Source of the DNA: Candidatus Levyibacteriota bacterium
Lineage (GTDB): Bacteria > Patescibacteriota > Microgenomatia > Levybacterales > UBA12049
Length of the DNA: 64,000 bases
Assembly: GCA_043807135.1 (NCBI GenBank)
Contig: JAZDGF010000001.1
Location: 4,573-68,572, forward strand
Direction of reading: 5' to 3'
A program made the position numbers and the translations under genes. The first letter of the stretch is position 1. Every line of letters begins with the position of its first letter. This document shows positions 20,644 through 30,553 of this stretch, in pieces. The notes below the pieces were generated by a model that saw only the letters and a program-made list of their open reading frames with translations, ran no database searches and was not told the origin of the DNA.

Positions 20644-20686
20644 AATGCAGGTTGACAAAAAATCTAAAACCTCTAAAATATAATAC

Positions 20687-21535
20687 ATGGCAAAAGAAAC
20701 TTCTAAGCTATCAGAGGTAAAAATTCCCTCATTAAAAGGAAATCAGATCACAATTTTATACATTCTTCTTATAGTTGCCGCCTTTTTAATCGGCTCTTTA
20801 TACACAAAAGTTTCCTTCCTTGAAAAAAACGGGAGCACAACTACAAATACTCAAGCTGAAAATACTGCTGCACAACAACCCCAAGGACAGCAACCTGCTC
20901 CTGTAAAAGTAGATATAAATGCAATAAAAGATTTGTTCAAAAAAGACTTCATTAAATTTGGAGATGCAAACAGAAAAGTTCTTTTTGTTGAAGTTGTAGA
21001 TCCATCTTGCCCATTTTGCCAAGTAGCAGCAGGCAAAAATCCTGAGCTAAATAAAGAAATGGGAGGTAATTTTGTTCTTGTAGAAGATGGCGGAACATAT
21101 ATTGCTCCTGTAGTTGAAATAAAAAAATTAGTTGATGAAGGCAAAGCAAGCTTTGTCTTTCTCTATCAAAATGGACATGGAAACGGAGAGCTGGCTACAA
21201 AAGCCCTCTATTGTGCTCATGATCAGGGAAAATTCTGGCAAGCACATGACAAGCTTATGACAAATGATGGCTATAACCTAATCAATAATGAAGTTAAAAA
21301 CGATAAGGCAAATACTGGAAAGTTGGTTGATTTTCTTACAGGATCTGTAGACAGCTCCGCTTTAAAATCTTGTCTTGAGAGTGGAAAATACGACGATGCT
21401 TTATCAACTGCTATTCAAGCTGCATCCAGTCTGGGAGTAAATGGAACACCTGGATTTTTTGTAAATGAAACTAATTTTGCTGGAGCATATAACTGGACTG
21501 ATATGAAAAGCGTAGTTGACGAAGCTTTAAAATAA
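20687..21535 (+). CDS. DsbA-like thiol:disulfide oxidoreductase with N-terminal TM anchor
   Basis: CPFC redox motif (VVDPSCPFCQ) in a thioredoxin-like fold. Confidence 0.7.
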   Translation: MAKETSKLSEVKIPSLKGNQITILYILLIVAAFLIGSLYTKVSFLEKNGSTTTNTQAENTAAQQPQGQQPAPVKVDINAIKDLFKKDFIKFGDANRKVLFVEVVDPSCPFCQVAAGKNPELNKEMGGNFVLVEDGGTYIAPVVEIKKLVDEGKASFVFLYQNGHGNGELATKALYCAHDQGKFWQAHDKLMTNDGYNLINNEVKNDKANTGKLVDFLTGSVDSSALKSCLESGKYDDALSTAIQAASSLGVNGTPGFFVNETNFAGAYNWTDMKSVVDEALK

Positions 21536-21539
21536 CCTC

Positions 21540-22280
21540 TTATTCCAAGACTAATATAAGAACGTACACCAGGGCAATTCCCAAAACAAAAAAGAATGAG
21601 TAATTCAATGCCAAATTTGTTTTTGCCCTATGATGAATCTCAGGTAAAAGATCTGTTGCTGATAAATAGATAAAGTTTCCTGTTGTTATTGCAAGTAAAA
21701 TTGGCACTACCATATGAAATAAGCTACCTAGGTAATATGCAATAAGCGCACCTACCATTGCTGATGCACCTGTTGCAAGATTAAATAATAAAACCTTTTT
21801 TCTTCCCCAGCCTTTATGAATTAAGATTCCAAAATCTCCTAGTTCGTGAGGAATTTCATGCACAAAAACAGCAGCTGTTGTAACAATTCCTAACGGCATG
21901 CTTACTAAAAATGCTGCAGCAATAGAAAGACCGTCAATAAAATTATGCAAAGTGTCTCCGAATAGTAAAAAAGACGTTGGAATTTTCAGATGATCTTCTT
22001 CTCCCGTATGGTCATGATGATGAAGAAAAAGAAAAAGTCTTTCTATTATAAAAAATGTTGCAATAGAAATTGTAATCCAAAGATAAGCCCGTTCCCCTAC
22101 AAGTTCTACTGTTTCAGGCATTGTTTCTAAAAAACCTGTAGCAAGAAGTGCCCCTGCAGCAAAAGCAACTAGTGAATACGAAAGTTTCTTAATTAAACTT
22201 TTATGTAAAAGAAGTATTCCTACTAATAAAAGAGATACAATTGAAGCAAAAAATGTATAAAATAAAATAGTAAATAACAT
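21540..22280 (-). CDS. ZIP family metal transporter
   Basis: HEIPHELGDFGILI signature and a His-rich loop (HHHDH). Confidence 0.85.
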   Translation of the reverse strand: MLFTILFYTFFASIVSLLLVGILLLHKSLIKKLSYSLVAFAAGALLATGFLETMPETVELVGERAYLWITISIATFFIIERLFLFLHHHDHTGEEDHLKIPTSFLLFGDTLHNFIDGLSIAAAFLVSMPLGIVTTAAVFVHEIPHELGDFGILIHKGWGRKKVLLFNLATGASAMVGALIAYYLGSLFHMVVPILLAITTGNFIYLSATDLLPEIHHRAKTNLALNYSFFFVLGIALVYVLILVLE

Positions 22281-22302
22281 TAGTTAATTTTTAATATTAC
22301 AA

Positions 22303-22572
22303 TTATATAATAATTTCAAACTTATCAAAATCTACATCTTTTTCTTCCCATTCAACTTTAACATCTTTAACTTCTGACAAAAATGGACCCTTACGGCATT
22401 TATTAATCATTTTATCTATTGCTTTTTTTTCTCCTATAAAAACAGCTTCAACTCTACCTTTATCAATATTTTTTACCCAGCCTTTTAATTCAAGCTTTTG
22501 GGCTTCTTTTTTCACAAACTGTCGAAAGCCAACCCCCTGAATAAATCCTGAAGTTATTATATGTGCAAACAT
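22303..22572 (-). CDS. acyP: Acylphosphatase
   Basis: VQGVGFR and GWVKN signatures. Confidence 0.85.
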   Translation of the reverse strand: MFAHIITSGFIQGVGFRQFVKKEAQKLELKGWVKNIDKGRVEAVFIGEKKAIDKMINKCRKGPFLSEVKDVKVEWEEKDVDFDKFEIII

Positions 22573-22573
22573 A

Positions 22574-23101
22574 TTAAATACGAGCTCCTATTGAAGCAAG
22601 AATTAAATATCTTAAAAATCTTCCTAAAGTGACTATTATTATAAATCTCTTGGGAGAAAAAACAAATATCCCTGCAATTAACCCAATTGCATCAAAAAAT
22701 GGATTTGGAATAAAGGCAAAGGCAAAAAGCATCCATCCTCCATACTTTTTAAAGTATCTTTCTAAAATAGTAAACCAAAAATTTTTTCCGATCTTTTCTA
22801 AAGCAATTTTTCTTCCTGAAAAACCGACCAAAAAGCCAATCATATCTCCAAGCGTTGCTGCAAATGAGGAAATCAATGCAACTAGGAAGGGGTTATATAA
22901 AGACCCTCCTGCCACAACAGATAGAAACGCAGGTCCTGAAACAAAAAATGAGGCATTTGATACAAAATTTATTAAAAATATTCCCAGTAAACCAAGTGAT
23001 TGTGAGTCTTTAAAAAAGTCTCTAAAAATAAAAAGAGCAAAAGGAAGAAAAAGTGAAAATGCAAATATTAAGTAAAACGCAAGTTTGTTTTTAAACGTCA
23101 T
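22574..23101 (-). CDS. DedA/YqaA-like (VTT domain) membrane protein
   Basis: Hydrophobic, with a GG-rich VTT-like core. The start is probably the Met whose ATG forms ATGA with the upstream stop (the ORF-track start is at 23143). Confidence 0.45.
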   Translation of the reverse strand: MTFKNKLAFYLIFAFSLFLPFALFIFRDFFKDSQSLGLLGIFLINFVSNASFFVSGPAFLSVVAGGSLYNPFLVALISSFAATLGDMIGFLVGFSGRKIALEKIGKNFWFTILERYFKKYGGWMLFAFAFIPNPFFDAIGLIAGIFVFSPKRFIIIVTLGRFLRYLILASIGARI

Positions 23102-23367
23102 TTCTTCTTTTCTCCTTCTGTTTTTAACTCTTTTAGTTTCCACATAAAGAGTGCTCCTTTATTTTTGGCATTACTGTCTACGGAAAAACTTAGTGCTTTT
23201 TCAAGAATTGCCCTATGCACTGTCTTGGCAAGTTTTATATAAAGACTTCTATGCTTATAATCATCAAGTTCTTCTGCTAAATGAATTCCATATGATTGAA
23301 ATTCACGAGAAATATACTTATCAGTTGTCGGATTAAATTTATTTAGAATTTGTTTTACAGAACGCAT
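23098..23367 (-). CDS. Hypothetical 89-aa protein, translationally coupled between pth and the DedA-like gene
   Basis: ATGA overlaps at both ends (23367 and 23098-23101). Confidence 0.4.
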   Translation of the reverse strand: MRSVKQILNKFNPTTDKYISREFQSYGIHLAEELDDYKHRSLYIKLAKTVHRAILEKALSFSVDSNAKNKGALFMWKLKELKTEGEKKK

Positions 23368-23996
23368 TATTTTGAATTATAGCGATTCATTGCTACGTCT
23401 AATCCTTTTTCTAATGCTGTTTCAATTGTCTTAACTCCTCTTTTTATTAATTTTCTTATTTCACCTGTTTCTCCATGGCCAAATTCACGAAGCACATAAG
23501 CTTCAGAACTTCTTAATCTTGAATTGTTTTTTGGCTTTCCAACTCCAAGCCTAAATCTCCAAAATTTTTCGGTTCCAAGGTTTTTAATAACTGATTCAAT
23601 TCCGCGATGCCCTGCTGAAGAACCACTTTGCTTAATCTTAAATCCCCCTAATACAAAATCCAAATCATCATGTAAGACCCAGACATCCTTAGGTTTTATT
23701 TTATAAAAATCAGATATTAATCTTACCGAAAGTCCTGAATTATTCATATATGTTATTGGCTTTGCTAGAATAACTTTTTCAATTATTTTAAGTTTTTTAC
23801 CAGAGGTTGATTTTCTAGTCCACTCAATTTCTGCAATTTCTGCTTTAAACTTTTTGTTTTCTCTAAAAATATTGTTTTTGCCAACGGAAAATTCTTTTAA
23901 GAATTTTTCTATGAGTATAAAGCCGAGGTTATGTCTAGTTTTTTCGTATTTTAACCCAGGATTACCAAGTCCAATTATTAATTTCATAAACATCAA
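23367..23996 (-). CDS. pth: Peptidyl-tRNA hydrolase
   Basis: LIIGLGNPGLKYEKTRHNLGF N-terminal signature. Confidence 0.9.
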   Translation of the reverse strand: MMFMKLIIGLGNPGLKYEKTRHNLGFILIEKFLKEFSVGKNNIFRENKKFKAEIAEIEWTRKSTSGKKLKIIEKVILAKPITYMNNSGLSVRLISDFYKIKPKDVWVLHDDLDFVLGGFKIKQSGSSAGHRGIESVIKNLGTEKFWRFRLGVGKPKNNSRLRSSEAYVLREFGHGETGEIRKLIKRGVKTIETALEKGLDVAMNRYNSK

Positions 23997-24024
23997 TCAT
24001 TATACTATTATTTTTCCACTTTTT

Positions 24025-24657
24025 TTAAGATGATTTTAGTATTAATCTTGCTTCTTTATTTCCTACTTGCTGAAAGCTTTTATAAAACTGTCCAACAGCA
24101 TAAAAATTTTTCGGTTTTTTAATAAAAATGACTTTGTCAAAAAAGCTTTTAATCTCTTTAAAAGTATCTTTTGCAATAACCGGAGTTGCTAGGATAATTT
24201 TTTTTGCTTTCTGTTTCTTTAAATAGATTTGTGCTGCCCTAACTGTTGCGCCAGTTGCTACCCCATCATCAACTAAAATTACTGTTTTATTTAAAAGATT
24301 ATCTGATCTTTTATCTACTAGTAATTCTTTTTCAAGTTTTTTTCTTTCTTTTTCTTTTCTCTTTCTAAGAGTTTCTTTTTCTTTTCTCGTAAGGTTAAGT
24401 CTTTTTAAAATATCTTTATTCCAGAAAACCGTATTTTTGGGACCAATTACACCAATTGCAAGTTCCGTATTTTGAGGCGCTCCTATTTTTTTTAAAACAA
24501 GAGCGTTTAGGGAAACGGAAAAATAGTCTGCAATTATTTTCCCCATCATTATAGCTCCTCTTGCTAAAGCTATTACAATAACATCTTTTTCTTTTACAGA
24601 GGCTAAAAGCTTTACGGAAAGCATGCGGGCAGCTTCTTCTCTGTTGTCAAACATCAC
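24025..24657 (-). CDS. Type I phosphoribosyltransferase domain protein
   Basis: PRPP-binding site VILVDDGVATGATV. Confidence 0.7.
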   Translation of the reverse strand: MMFDNREEAARMLSVKLLASVKEKDVIVIALARGAIMMGKIIADYFSVSLNALVLKKIGAPQNTELAIGVIGPKNTVFWNKDILKRLNLTRKEKETLRKRKEKERKKLEKELLVDKRSDNLLNKTVILVDDGVATGATVRAAQIYLKKQKAKKIILATPVIAKDTFKEIKSFFDKVIFIKKPKNFYAVGQFYKSFQQVGNKEARLILKSS

Positions 24658-24686
24658 CTATATTATATACCCTAAAGTCCACAAAA

Positions 24687-24720
24687 AGAGCTATCCTTTT
24701 TTGGATAGCTCTTTTTTTTG
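24687..24720. terminator. Bidirectional intrinsic terminator (10-bp perfect stem AGAGCTATCC/GGATAGCTCT with T-runs)
   Basis: aaaaagagctatcc-tttttt-ggatagctct-tttttttt. Confidence 0.6.
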
Positions 24721-24724
24721 CTCC

Positions 24725-25165
24725 CTATTTGTATTCCGGTTTTATTTGGAACAAGAAATAAAGCCAAACTAATCCTAAGATAACACCTGCTAATGTAAAA
24801 TTTATAACAGATGCAGCGATTCCCAATAATTCTGCCAAAAACAGATATTTCCAACCTAACATTATTCTTTTTAAAAGACTTGGGAAAGCAATAAGCATTA
24901 AGATACTTTCTACTAAACCAATTACTGAAACTACAATTAAACTTGTAGCTGTTCCTATTCCTCCTCCTAAAACAACTAAAGGAGAAAGAACTGTAGAAAT
25001 ACCAAATGCAGATAATGATCCAAAAACTCCCAAGACTCCAAAGATTAATGCAAGCCATGGAGCAATAGAAACTATTACGTCACGCCAAGCTTTTGGAATT
25101 GGAGGAAACTTTGCGTACATTTTCTCAATAGAATTTGTTAGGGAATCTAAACTTGATTGTGCCAT
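24725..25165 (-). CDS. Hypothetical membrane protein
   Basis: 146 aa with about four TM helices. Confidence 0.45.
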   Translation of the reverse strand: MAQSSLDSLTNSIEKMYAKFPPIPKAWRDVIVSIAPWLALIFGVLGVFGSLSAFGISTVLSPLVVLGGGIGTATSLIVVSVIGLVESILMLIAFPSLLKRIMLGWKYLFLAELLGIAASVINFTLAGVILGLVWLYFLFQIKPEYK

Positions 25166-25218
25166 TTTCCTTCACCTCCCTTCATATAAGCTCTAAATTG
25201 ATAGTATTCTAGCCTCGA

Positions 25219-26583
25219 TTAAAAGTCAAGCCCTAGTTGATTTTTCTTAACAGTCTTTTTTGAAGTTTTACCTTTATTATCCTCTTCTTCATTGTTCCAA
25301 ATCTTAACTTTTCCATATTGGCCATCAAAGCCAGGAGTTATAACAATGTCTCCTTTTCTTACTTTTACAATTCCTTCTGCAATTTTCTCTCCTGCCTGTT
25401 TTTTTAATTCATCAATTGGTATGTTTAATAATGCGTTCATTTCCGATCCAAAAACAGTGCATAGCTGATCAAACTTATCCCTTACTCTTTGGCTTATAAC
25501 AGTCATAGACATTGCTTCGGCAACAATTTCAAGAAGCGGAACCAGCTTTACAAAGGGTGGATGAATATTTTTTGGGTCATAGATCCATTTAACTCCCTTG
25601 TCGTCTATTTTACTTTTTTCCATGTTTTCTAAAGAAGCTAATTCTTCAACTCTGTGCATTACCCCAACTGTTAAATTTTTTTTACATACAGGGCAAGTCG
25701 TTCCGTTTTTCTTAGTTTCATTAGGATCTTGTGAGATATGACAATTGCGGTGTCCTGTGTAATGATATTTTCCTTCTTCAGGATAAAATTCAATTGTATG
25801 ACTAATTCTATCAGGGAGAGTTTGAGCGTCCGGTTTTAAACTTGGTCCAATAATTGCTCTTCTAATATTTTTAAAAGTCAAATCTTCAAGCTCAAAAACT
25901 GTAGCCTCTCTTCCCATTTTTGCCATAGAATGAGCATCTGATGAAGATAAAATTGTTCTTTTTTCAAGTTCTTTTATTCTCCAGTTCATTTCAGGATCAG
26001 AAGAAAGACCTGTTTCTATCCCAAAAATATATTTTGAATAATCAGCAAAGCACTCTTCAATCGAATCAAATCCGCTCATTGATCCATATAAAGAAAACCA
26101 AGGAGTCCATACGTGGCATGGAATTAAAAGTGCAGTTTTGTCAATTGACAAAACAAGCTCTAAGAGATTTCTTGAAGAAAGTCCGATTATTGGCCTACCA
26201 TCGGAATTTAGATTAAAACCTCTATTTCGCATTTCCTTGTTTATCTTTTCAACGGTTTCAATGCTTTCTGAGAGAATTAAATTGTGAACCCTTCTGGTTT
26301 TTCCGCCTTGTGAATAAATACTTGAAATTTCTGTAGAAAGAATAAACAAGAGTTCATTTTTATTGTTTGAATTTGCTACTGATTTTAATCCAAACAAACC
26401 TTGTTTCTTTTCTTCAAGAGAATCAACTATGTGTCTAAACCATAAAGGATGAGTCCAATCCCCGGTTGCTAAGATATCCAAGCCTTTTTTTATCCCCCAT
26501 TCACTCATTATGGGAAGAATCATTTTCTGACTTACTGCTCTTGAGTATTTTGAATGCAGGTGAAGATCTGTTGTATATTTCAT
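25219..26583 (-). CDS. PHP-domain nuclease, endonuclease Q (EndoQ)-like
   Basis: N-terminal DLHLHSKYS PHP metal site and a zinc-ribbon-like CHISQ...CPVCKK. Confidence 0.5.
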   Translation of the reverse strand: MKYTTDLHLHSKYSRAVSQKMILPIMSEWGIKKGLDILATGDWTHPLWFRHIVDSLEEKKQGLFGLKSVANSNNKNELLFILSTEISSIYSQGGKTRRVHNLILSESIETVEKINKEMRNRGFNLNSDGRPIIGLSSRNLLELVLSIDKTALLIPCHVWTPWFSLYGSMSGFDSIEECFADYSKYIFGIETGLSSDPEMNWRIKELEKRTILSSSDAHSMAKMGREATVFELEDLTFKNIRRAIIGPSLKPDAQTLPDRISHTIEFYPEEGKYHYTGHRNCHISQDPNETKKNGTTCPVCKKNLTVGVMHRVEELASLENMEKSKIDDKGVKWIYDPKNIHPPFVKLVPLLEIVAEAMSMTVISQRVRDKFDQLCTVFGSEMNALLNIPIDELKKQAGEKIAEGIVKVRKGDIVITPGFDGQYGKVKIWNNEEEDNKGKTSKKTVKKNQLGLDF

Positions 26584-26588
26584 TAATC

Positions 26589-29345
26589 TTATTTTTTCCC
26601 TTGCTGTTTATACATCTCAATTAATTCTTTAACTGTAGTTGCATCTTCTGCTTTTTTATCCCTTTCTCTAAATGAAACAAGTCTTGGAAAGCGAAGCGCA
26701 TAACCTGGATTATCTTTAATCATTCCAGCAGTATGAATTGGACTTCTGGTTATTTCATCTGCCAAGACTTCAATTACAATCTCCGGTCTAATCCAAACTG
26801 ATGGAATAGTCTTAGAATTAACCCGAGCCGGTTTATGATCTACTCTTATTTTATCTGCTCTTTTATGAATCTCTTTCCATTCCTCATCAGTTAATCCGGT
26901 ACCAATCTTTGAAACAGTCACAAATTCATCTAATTTTTTATCATAAATTCCTACCAAAAGTGCTCCGGCTCCAAAAGCTGTTCTTTTTCCTTTACCTGTA
27001 ACATAACCCAAAATTACACAATCAATTGTATCGTGTAACTCCCCTTGAGAATGTCTTTTAAGTTTTACCCAATTGAAATTTCTTCCTCCTGCTACGTATT
27101 TACTTTCTATTTTCTTAACCACTAACCCTTCCAATCCCTTAGAAATTGCATCATCTAAAAGAAGTTCCAAGGTTTTAGAATCCTTAACAATTTGGTTTTT
27201 AGATGGAATTAAAATATCATCTTCTTCAATAGTCTCTTTTAAAATCTTAAGCCTTTTATCTAAGGGTTCGTCAATCAAAGATTTTCCGTCTTTGTATAAA
27301 ATGTCAAAAACAAAAGCTTTTAAAGGAAGTTTTTCTGCCATTTCTTCAATTCTATGTTTTCTTCTTCTTTTAGTAGTTTCTTGAAAGGGTAAAAACTCTT
27401 CTGATTCAGTATTGTATGCAAGTGCTTCCGTATCTAAAATTGCTGTTTTTGCTTTTACTTGTTTTTTAGTTGCTTTAATAAGCTCTGGAAACATATGAGT
27501 CATATTTTCTAAGTTTCTTGAAAACATATATACCTTGTCATGATCCTTGTGAATTTGACAATTATGCAAAGTTGCCATTGGAATACAAAAGCTTTTATCC
27601 TCTTCTACTTGAAGATCGTAAAGCTGAATTCTCGGATCTCTTCTTATTATTTCCTGATTTCGCATTACCTTAACTATCAATCTTTGGTTTTCAATTCTTG
27701 TCTTCCTATTAGTCTTTGGGATTACCAATTGATAATAAGTTTTATTTTTTACCCTTATATAATGAAAACCAATAATAATATTATGCGAAAGAGCTATTAA
27801 TTGAGCCATTGTTGCTAAATCCCGTTCCTTAGTAGTAATTTTTGTAACTCCGTCTTTATCTATGTGTCCATCTGACTCAATCCAACCTTGCAAGAAACAT
27901 TCAAAATGCTTCTTTTTTACATGGACAAACCAATCAGGGATCATCTTTCCTAACCATTCTCTTCTAAAATAAGTAGAAAGCCAATGTTTTAATGGCTCAT
28001 CTCGCCAGTAAATATTTAATCCACCATTATAGATATAACGAGTTATCTTTTTAACTCCTAAGCTATCTTTGATCAATTCTTCATAAAAATTTGCTAATTT
28101 TTTTTCTTTTTTTGCATTAAATGTCAAACCAACTCTTTCGGTGTTATGAAAATCATTAGTAAAACCATCTCCAATCCAGAAACCTAAAAAACGATAGAAA
28201 TTTTCATTAAGTAAAAATGTCTTTTTGTACCCGGAAATTGTTTGAAGTTCTAGTTTTTTTGAGAAAGAATGAGAATTATTGAAGGGAAATTTCGGCAATG
28301 GAAAAACTACTTCATTTCCTGGCTTAAGATCCTCTATTTTTTTCCATATTTCCTTACCATTGTCAAAACATAATATTAGATGTCCTTCTGAAATTTTAAT
28401 TTCTTCACCTAGATAAGTTTTAAATTTAAATAATCGCTCTTTTCTTTCAATTGTTCTCTTATTTTTTGCAATTACTTTTTTAAATTGCCCTGTTTTTGTT
28501 AGAACTAAATCCCCTATTTTTAAATCTCTAACTGCTGTTATTCCCTTACTCTTAGCATAAATAGGAGTATAACCTGTAACGCAACGGAATCCATCGTACT
28601 TATACTGAACGTCCACTTTTTCCATCTTTTCAATTGTTTTTTCAGGAGTTGGAAGTCTTTCACAAAGCTCTGATCTTATCGGTTTTCCAATCTGAATATC
28701 CAACTTTTCTACAGCAGAAAGCCCATTTGTTTTTAAGGTTTTTGCAATCAAACCAAGATCTGATGTCCTGTTATATGCGCCTTCCAAAAGTTTTCTTTTA
28801 CTTTTGTCTCCTAATATTGCCTTTGCAAGGCCATCTAATGCTGTTGGGTCTCCTATGCCAAGACGAAGATTTCCAAGCGGGATTCTTACTAAATATCTTG
28901 CAGCTAAAGGATCCATTTTCATAAGAAGACTAGATAGTAAATTTTGCTTTATTTCAACGCTTCCTTCTCCTGAAGTTTTAGCAATCTTAATAAGTGTTTC
29001 AAAAACTTCTTCAACGCTTAATTTATTGCTTTTTGTATCTAATCCTTTGCTAAGTTTTTCTGAAACCTTTCCCATGTCTCCAAGCTCCTGATAAAGTTTT
29101 AGTACTTCTTTTTGAGTTGATTTAAAAGAACGGGCAATTGACTCTGCAACCATTTTATCTGCCATACCAATTTCCGTTGAGTCAAAAAAAGGAGTAATTC
29201 TGCCTTGAATTAAATAGGTAATTTTTTCAAGTTCTTCAGCTGACTTAATTGATTTAAAAAGATCAGATAAAATATCTATTAAAGTAAGCCTGGAAGATGT
29301 TTCTTCTAGTTTTTCAAAATATTTAGAAAGTTCTAAGAAAGTCAT
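26589..29345 (-). CDS. ATP-dependent DNA ligase interrupted by a LAGLIDADG (DOD) intein
   Basis: Ligase motif I YKYDGFR is followed by intein N-terminus CVTG...; the intein C-terminus is ...ATLHN|CQIH. The extein is ~577 aa with a ligase N-terminal DNA-binding domain. Confidence 0.85.
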   Translation of the reverse strand: MTFLELSKYFEKLEETSSRLTLIDILSDLFKSIKSAEELEKITYLIQGRITPFFDSTEIGMADKMVAESIARSFKSTQKEVLKLYQELGDMGKVSEKLSKGLDTKSNKLSVEEVFETLIKIAKTSGEGSVEIKQNLLSSLLMKMDPLAARYLVRIPLGNLRLGIGDPTALDGLAKAILGDKSKRKLLEGAYNRTSDLGLIAKTLKTNGLSAVEKLDIQIGKPIRSELCERLPTPEKTIEKMEKVDVQYKYDGFRCVTGYTPIYAKSKGITAVRDLKIGDLVLTKTGQFKKVIAKNKRTIERKERLFKFKTYLGEEIKISEGHLILCFDNGKEIWKKIEDLKPGNEVVFPLPKFPFNNSHSFSKKLELQTISGYKKTFLLNENFYRFLGFWIGDGFTNDFHNTERVGLTFNAKKEKKLANFYEELIKDSLGVKKITRYIYNGGLNIYWRDEPLKHWLSTYFRREWLGKMIPDWFVHVKKKHFECFLQGWIESDGHIDKDGVTKITTKERDLATMAQLIALSHNIIIGFHYIRVKNKTYYQLVIPKTNRKTRIENQRLIVKVMRNQEIIRRDPRIQLYDLQVEEDKSFCIPMATLHNCQIHKDHDKVYMFSRNLENMTHMFPELIKATKKQVKAKTAILDTEALAYNTESEEFLPFQETTKRRRKHRIEEMAEKLPLKAFVFDILYKDGKSLIDEPLDKRLKILKETIEEDDILIPSKNQIVKDSKTLELLLDDAISKGLEGLVVKKIESKYVAGGRNFNWVKLKRHSQGELHDTIDCVILGYVTGKGKRTAFGAGALLVGIYDKKLDEFVTVSKIGTGLTDEEWKEIHKRADKIRVDHKPARVNSKTIPSVWIRPEIVIEVLADEITRSPIHTAGMIKDNPGYALRFPRLVSFRERDKKAEDATTVKELIEMYKQQGKK
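27561..28583 (-). mobile_element. Intein (341 aa) with a LAGLIDADG homing endonuclease domain inserted after DNA ligase motif I
   Basis: The intein starts with Cys, ends with HN, and the +1 extein residue is Cys. Dodecapeptide motifs are FLGFWIGDGF and FLQGWIESDGHI. Confidence 0.8.
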
Positions 29346-29369
29346 TTATTTGTTTGCTTAAGCTCCATA

Positions 29370-30470
29370 TTATTTCATTATATATCTTGCACCTTTGGTT
29401 ACACCTTGTTTTTTGATAATTCCTGTTTTAAGCAGTTCCTTTAGTTCGTTTAAGATTGTATCCTCTGAAATCATTGGGAAGAGCTGATAAAATGCTTTAT
29501 TTTGTAAATATCCTGTTTTTTGAATATATTCAATTATTTTAAGCTGTCTTTCTGAAAGCATTAAGGGATGTCCTCCCAGCTTCTCTTTTAACTTTGCATC
29601 AACTGATATTTTTTCTACCTTTTCTTTTATCTTAGAGAGTTCAATCGAAAGCCCAAGTGAGAAGTATTCAAGCCAACGTGTTAAGTCACCGTTATTTTTT
29701 TCAACACTTTGCAAAGCTTCATAATATGACTGCGCGTTAGAATCAAAATATTCTTCTAAGGAAAAGAATTTTTTAATATCATATCCTTCCTTAAAGAGAA
29801 TAAGTGTTGACAGCGCTCTTGCAACTCTTCCATTTCCATCAACGAAAGGGTGAATTCTTACTAATTCATAGTGAACAATTCCACCCTTCAAAACAGGATG
29901 AATATCTTGCTCTGTAGAGCTATTTATAAACGCAATTAAATCCTTTATTTGAAACTGAACAGCAACTGCCATCGGAGGCCTAAAAGAGACTTCTCCAGAA
30001 ATACTATTTTTAACAACGACTTGTGTTTCTCTGTATTCTCCACACTTTTCCAACTCTAAAAGCTTATTTACTGTTAATTTATGAATTTGTTTTATTGTTT
30101 CTTCCACTACTTCGGATTCCGTAACTAACAAATGAGGCTTCTCAGCATATTCCATTACCTCTCTATAATTAATTACTTCTTGGATATCTCTTTCTCTTGC
30201 AGGAACATCCTGACCTTCTAAGACACGTTCTGCTTGTGATAAATTAAGTTCGTTTCCTTCTATATGCGTACCATGATGAATAGACCTAACCATTGCATCC
30301 TTTCTAAACTCTTTTTCGTAATATGGAAGAAGAGGTGCATGATCAATTACCTCTTTAGATGCTTCAATGCTACCAATGTTTTTCAGGATCTTATTTGTAA
30401 TTGTGTATTTAGGCGTAAACATAATTTTGGAATTGAAGCTTATTAACGCATATTTCCCGAGAAAATGCAA
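29370..30470 (-). CDS. Fic family protein (AMPylase-like)
   Basis: HPFVDGNGRVARAL Fic motif. Confidence 0.85.
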   Translation of the reverse strand: MHFLGKYALISFNSKIMFTPKYTITNKILKNIGSIEASKEVIDHAPLLPYYEKEFRKDAMVRSIHHGTHIEGNELNLSQAERVLEGQDVPARERDIQEVINYREVMEYAEKPHLLVTESEVVEETIKQIHKLTVNKLLELEKCGEYRETQVVVKNSISGEVSFRPPMAVAVQFQIKDLIAFINSSTEQDIHPVLKGGIVHYELVRIHPFVDGNGRVARALSTLILFKEGYDIKKFFSLEEYFDSNAQSYYEALQSVEKNNGDLTRWLEYFSLGLSIELSKIKEKVEKISVDAKLKEKLGGHPLMLSERQLKIIEYIQKTGYLQNKAFYQLFPMISEDTILNELKELLKTGIIKKQGVTKGARYIMK

Positions 30471-30553
30471 CCTTTACTTTGATCGCTTGCAATTAGTAGT
30501 GTCGAAAAAGTCTTTTCCTAAACCCCATCTCCTAAGCTATTTATGATTATAGA

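Noticed and set aside
24672-25058. 128-aa Cys-rich ORF overlapping the 24725-25165 membrane protein in another frame.
   Set aside because: It is a same-strand alternative frame of a better-supported hydrophobic ORF with odd composition. It is likely spurious.
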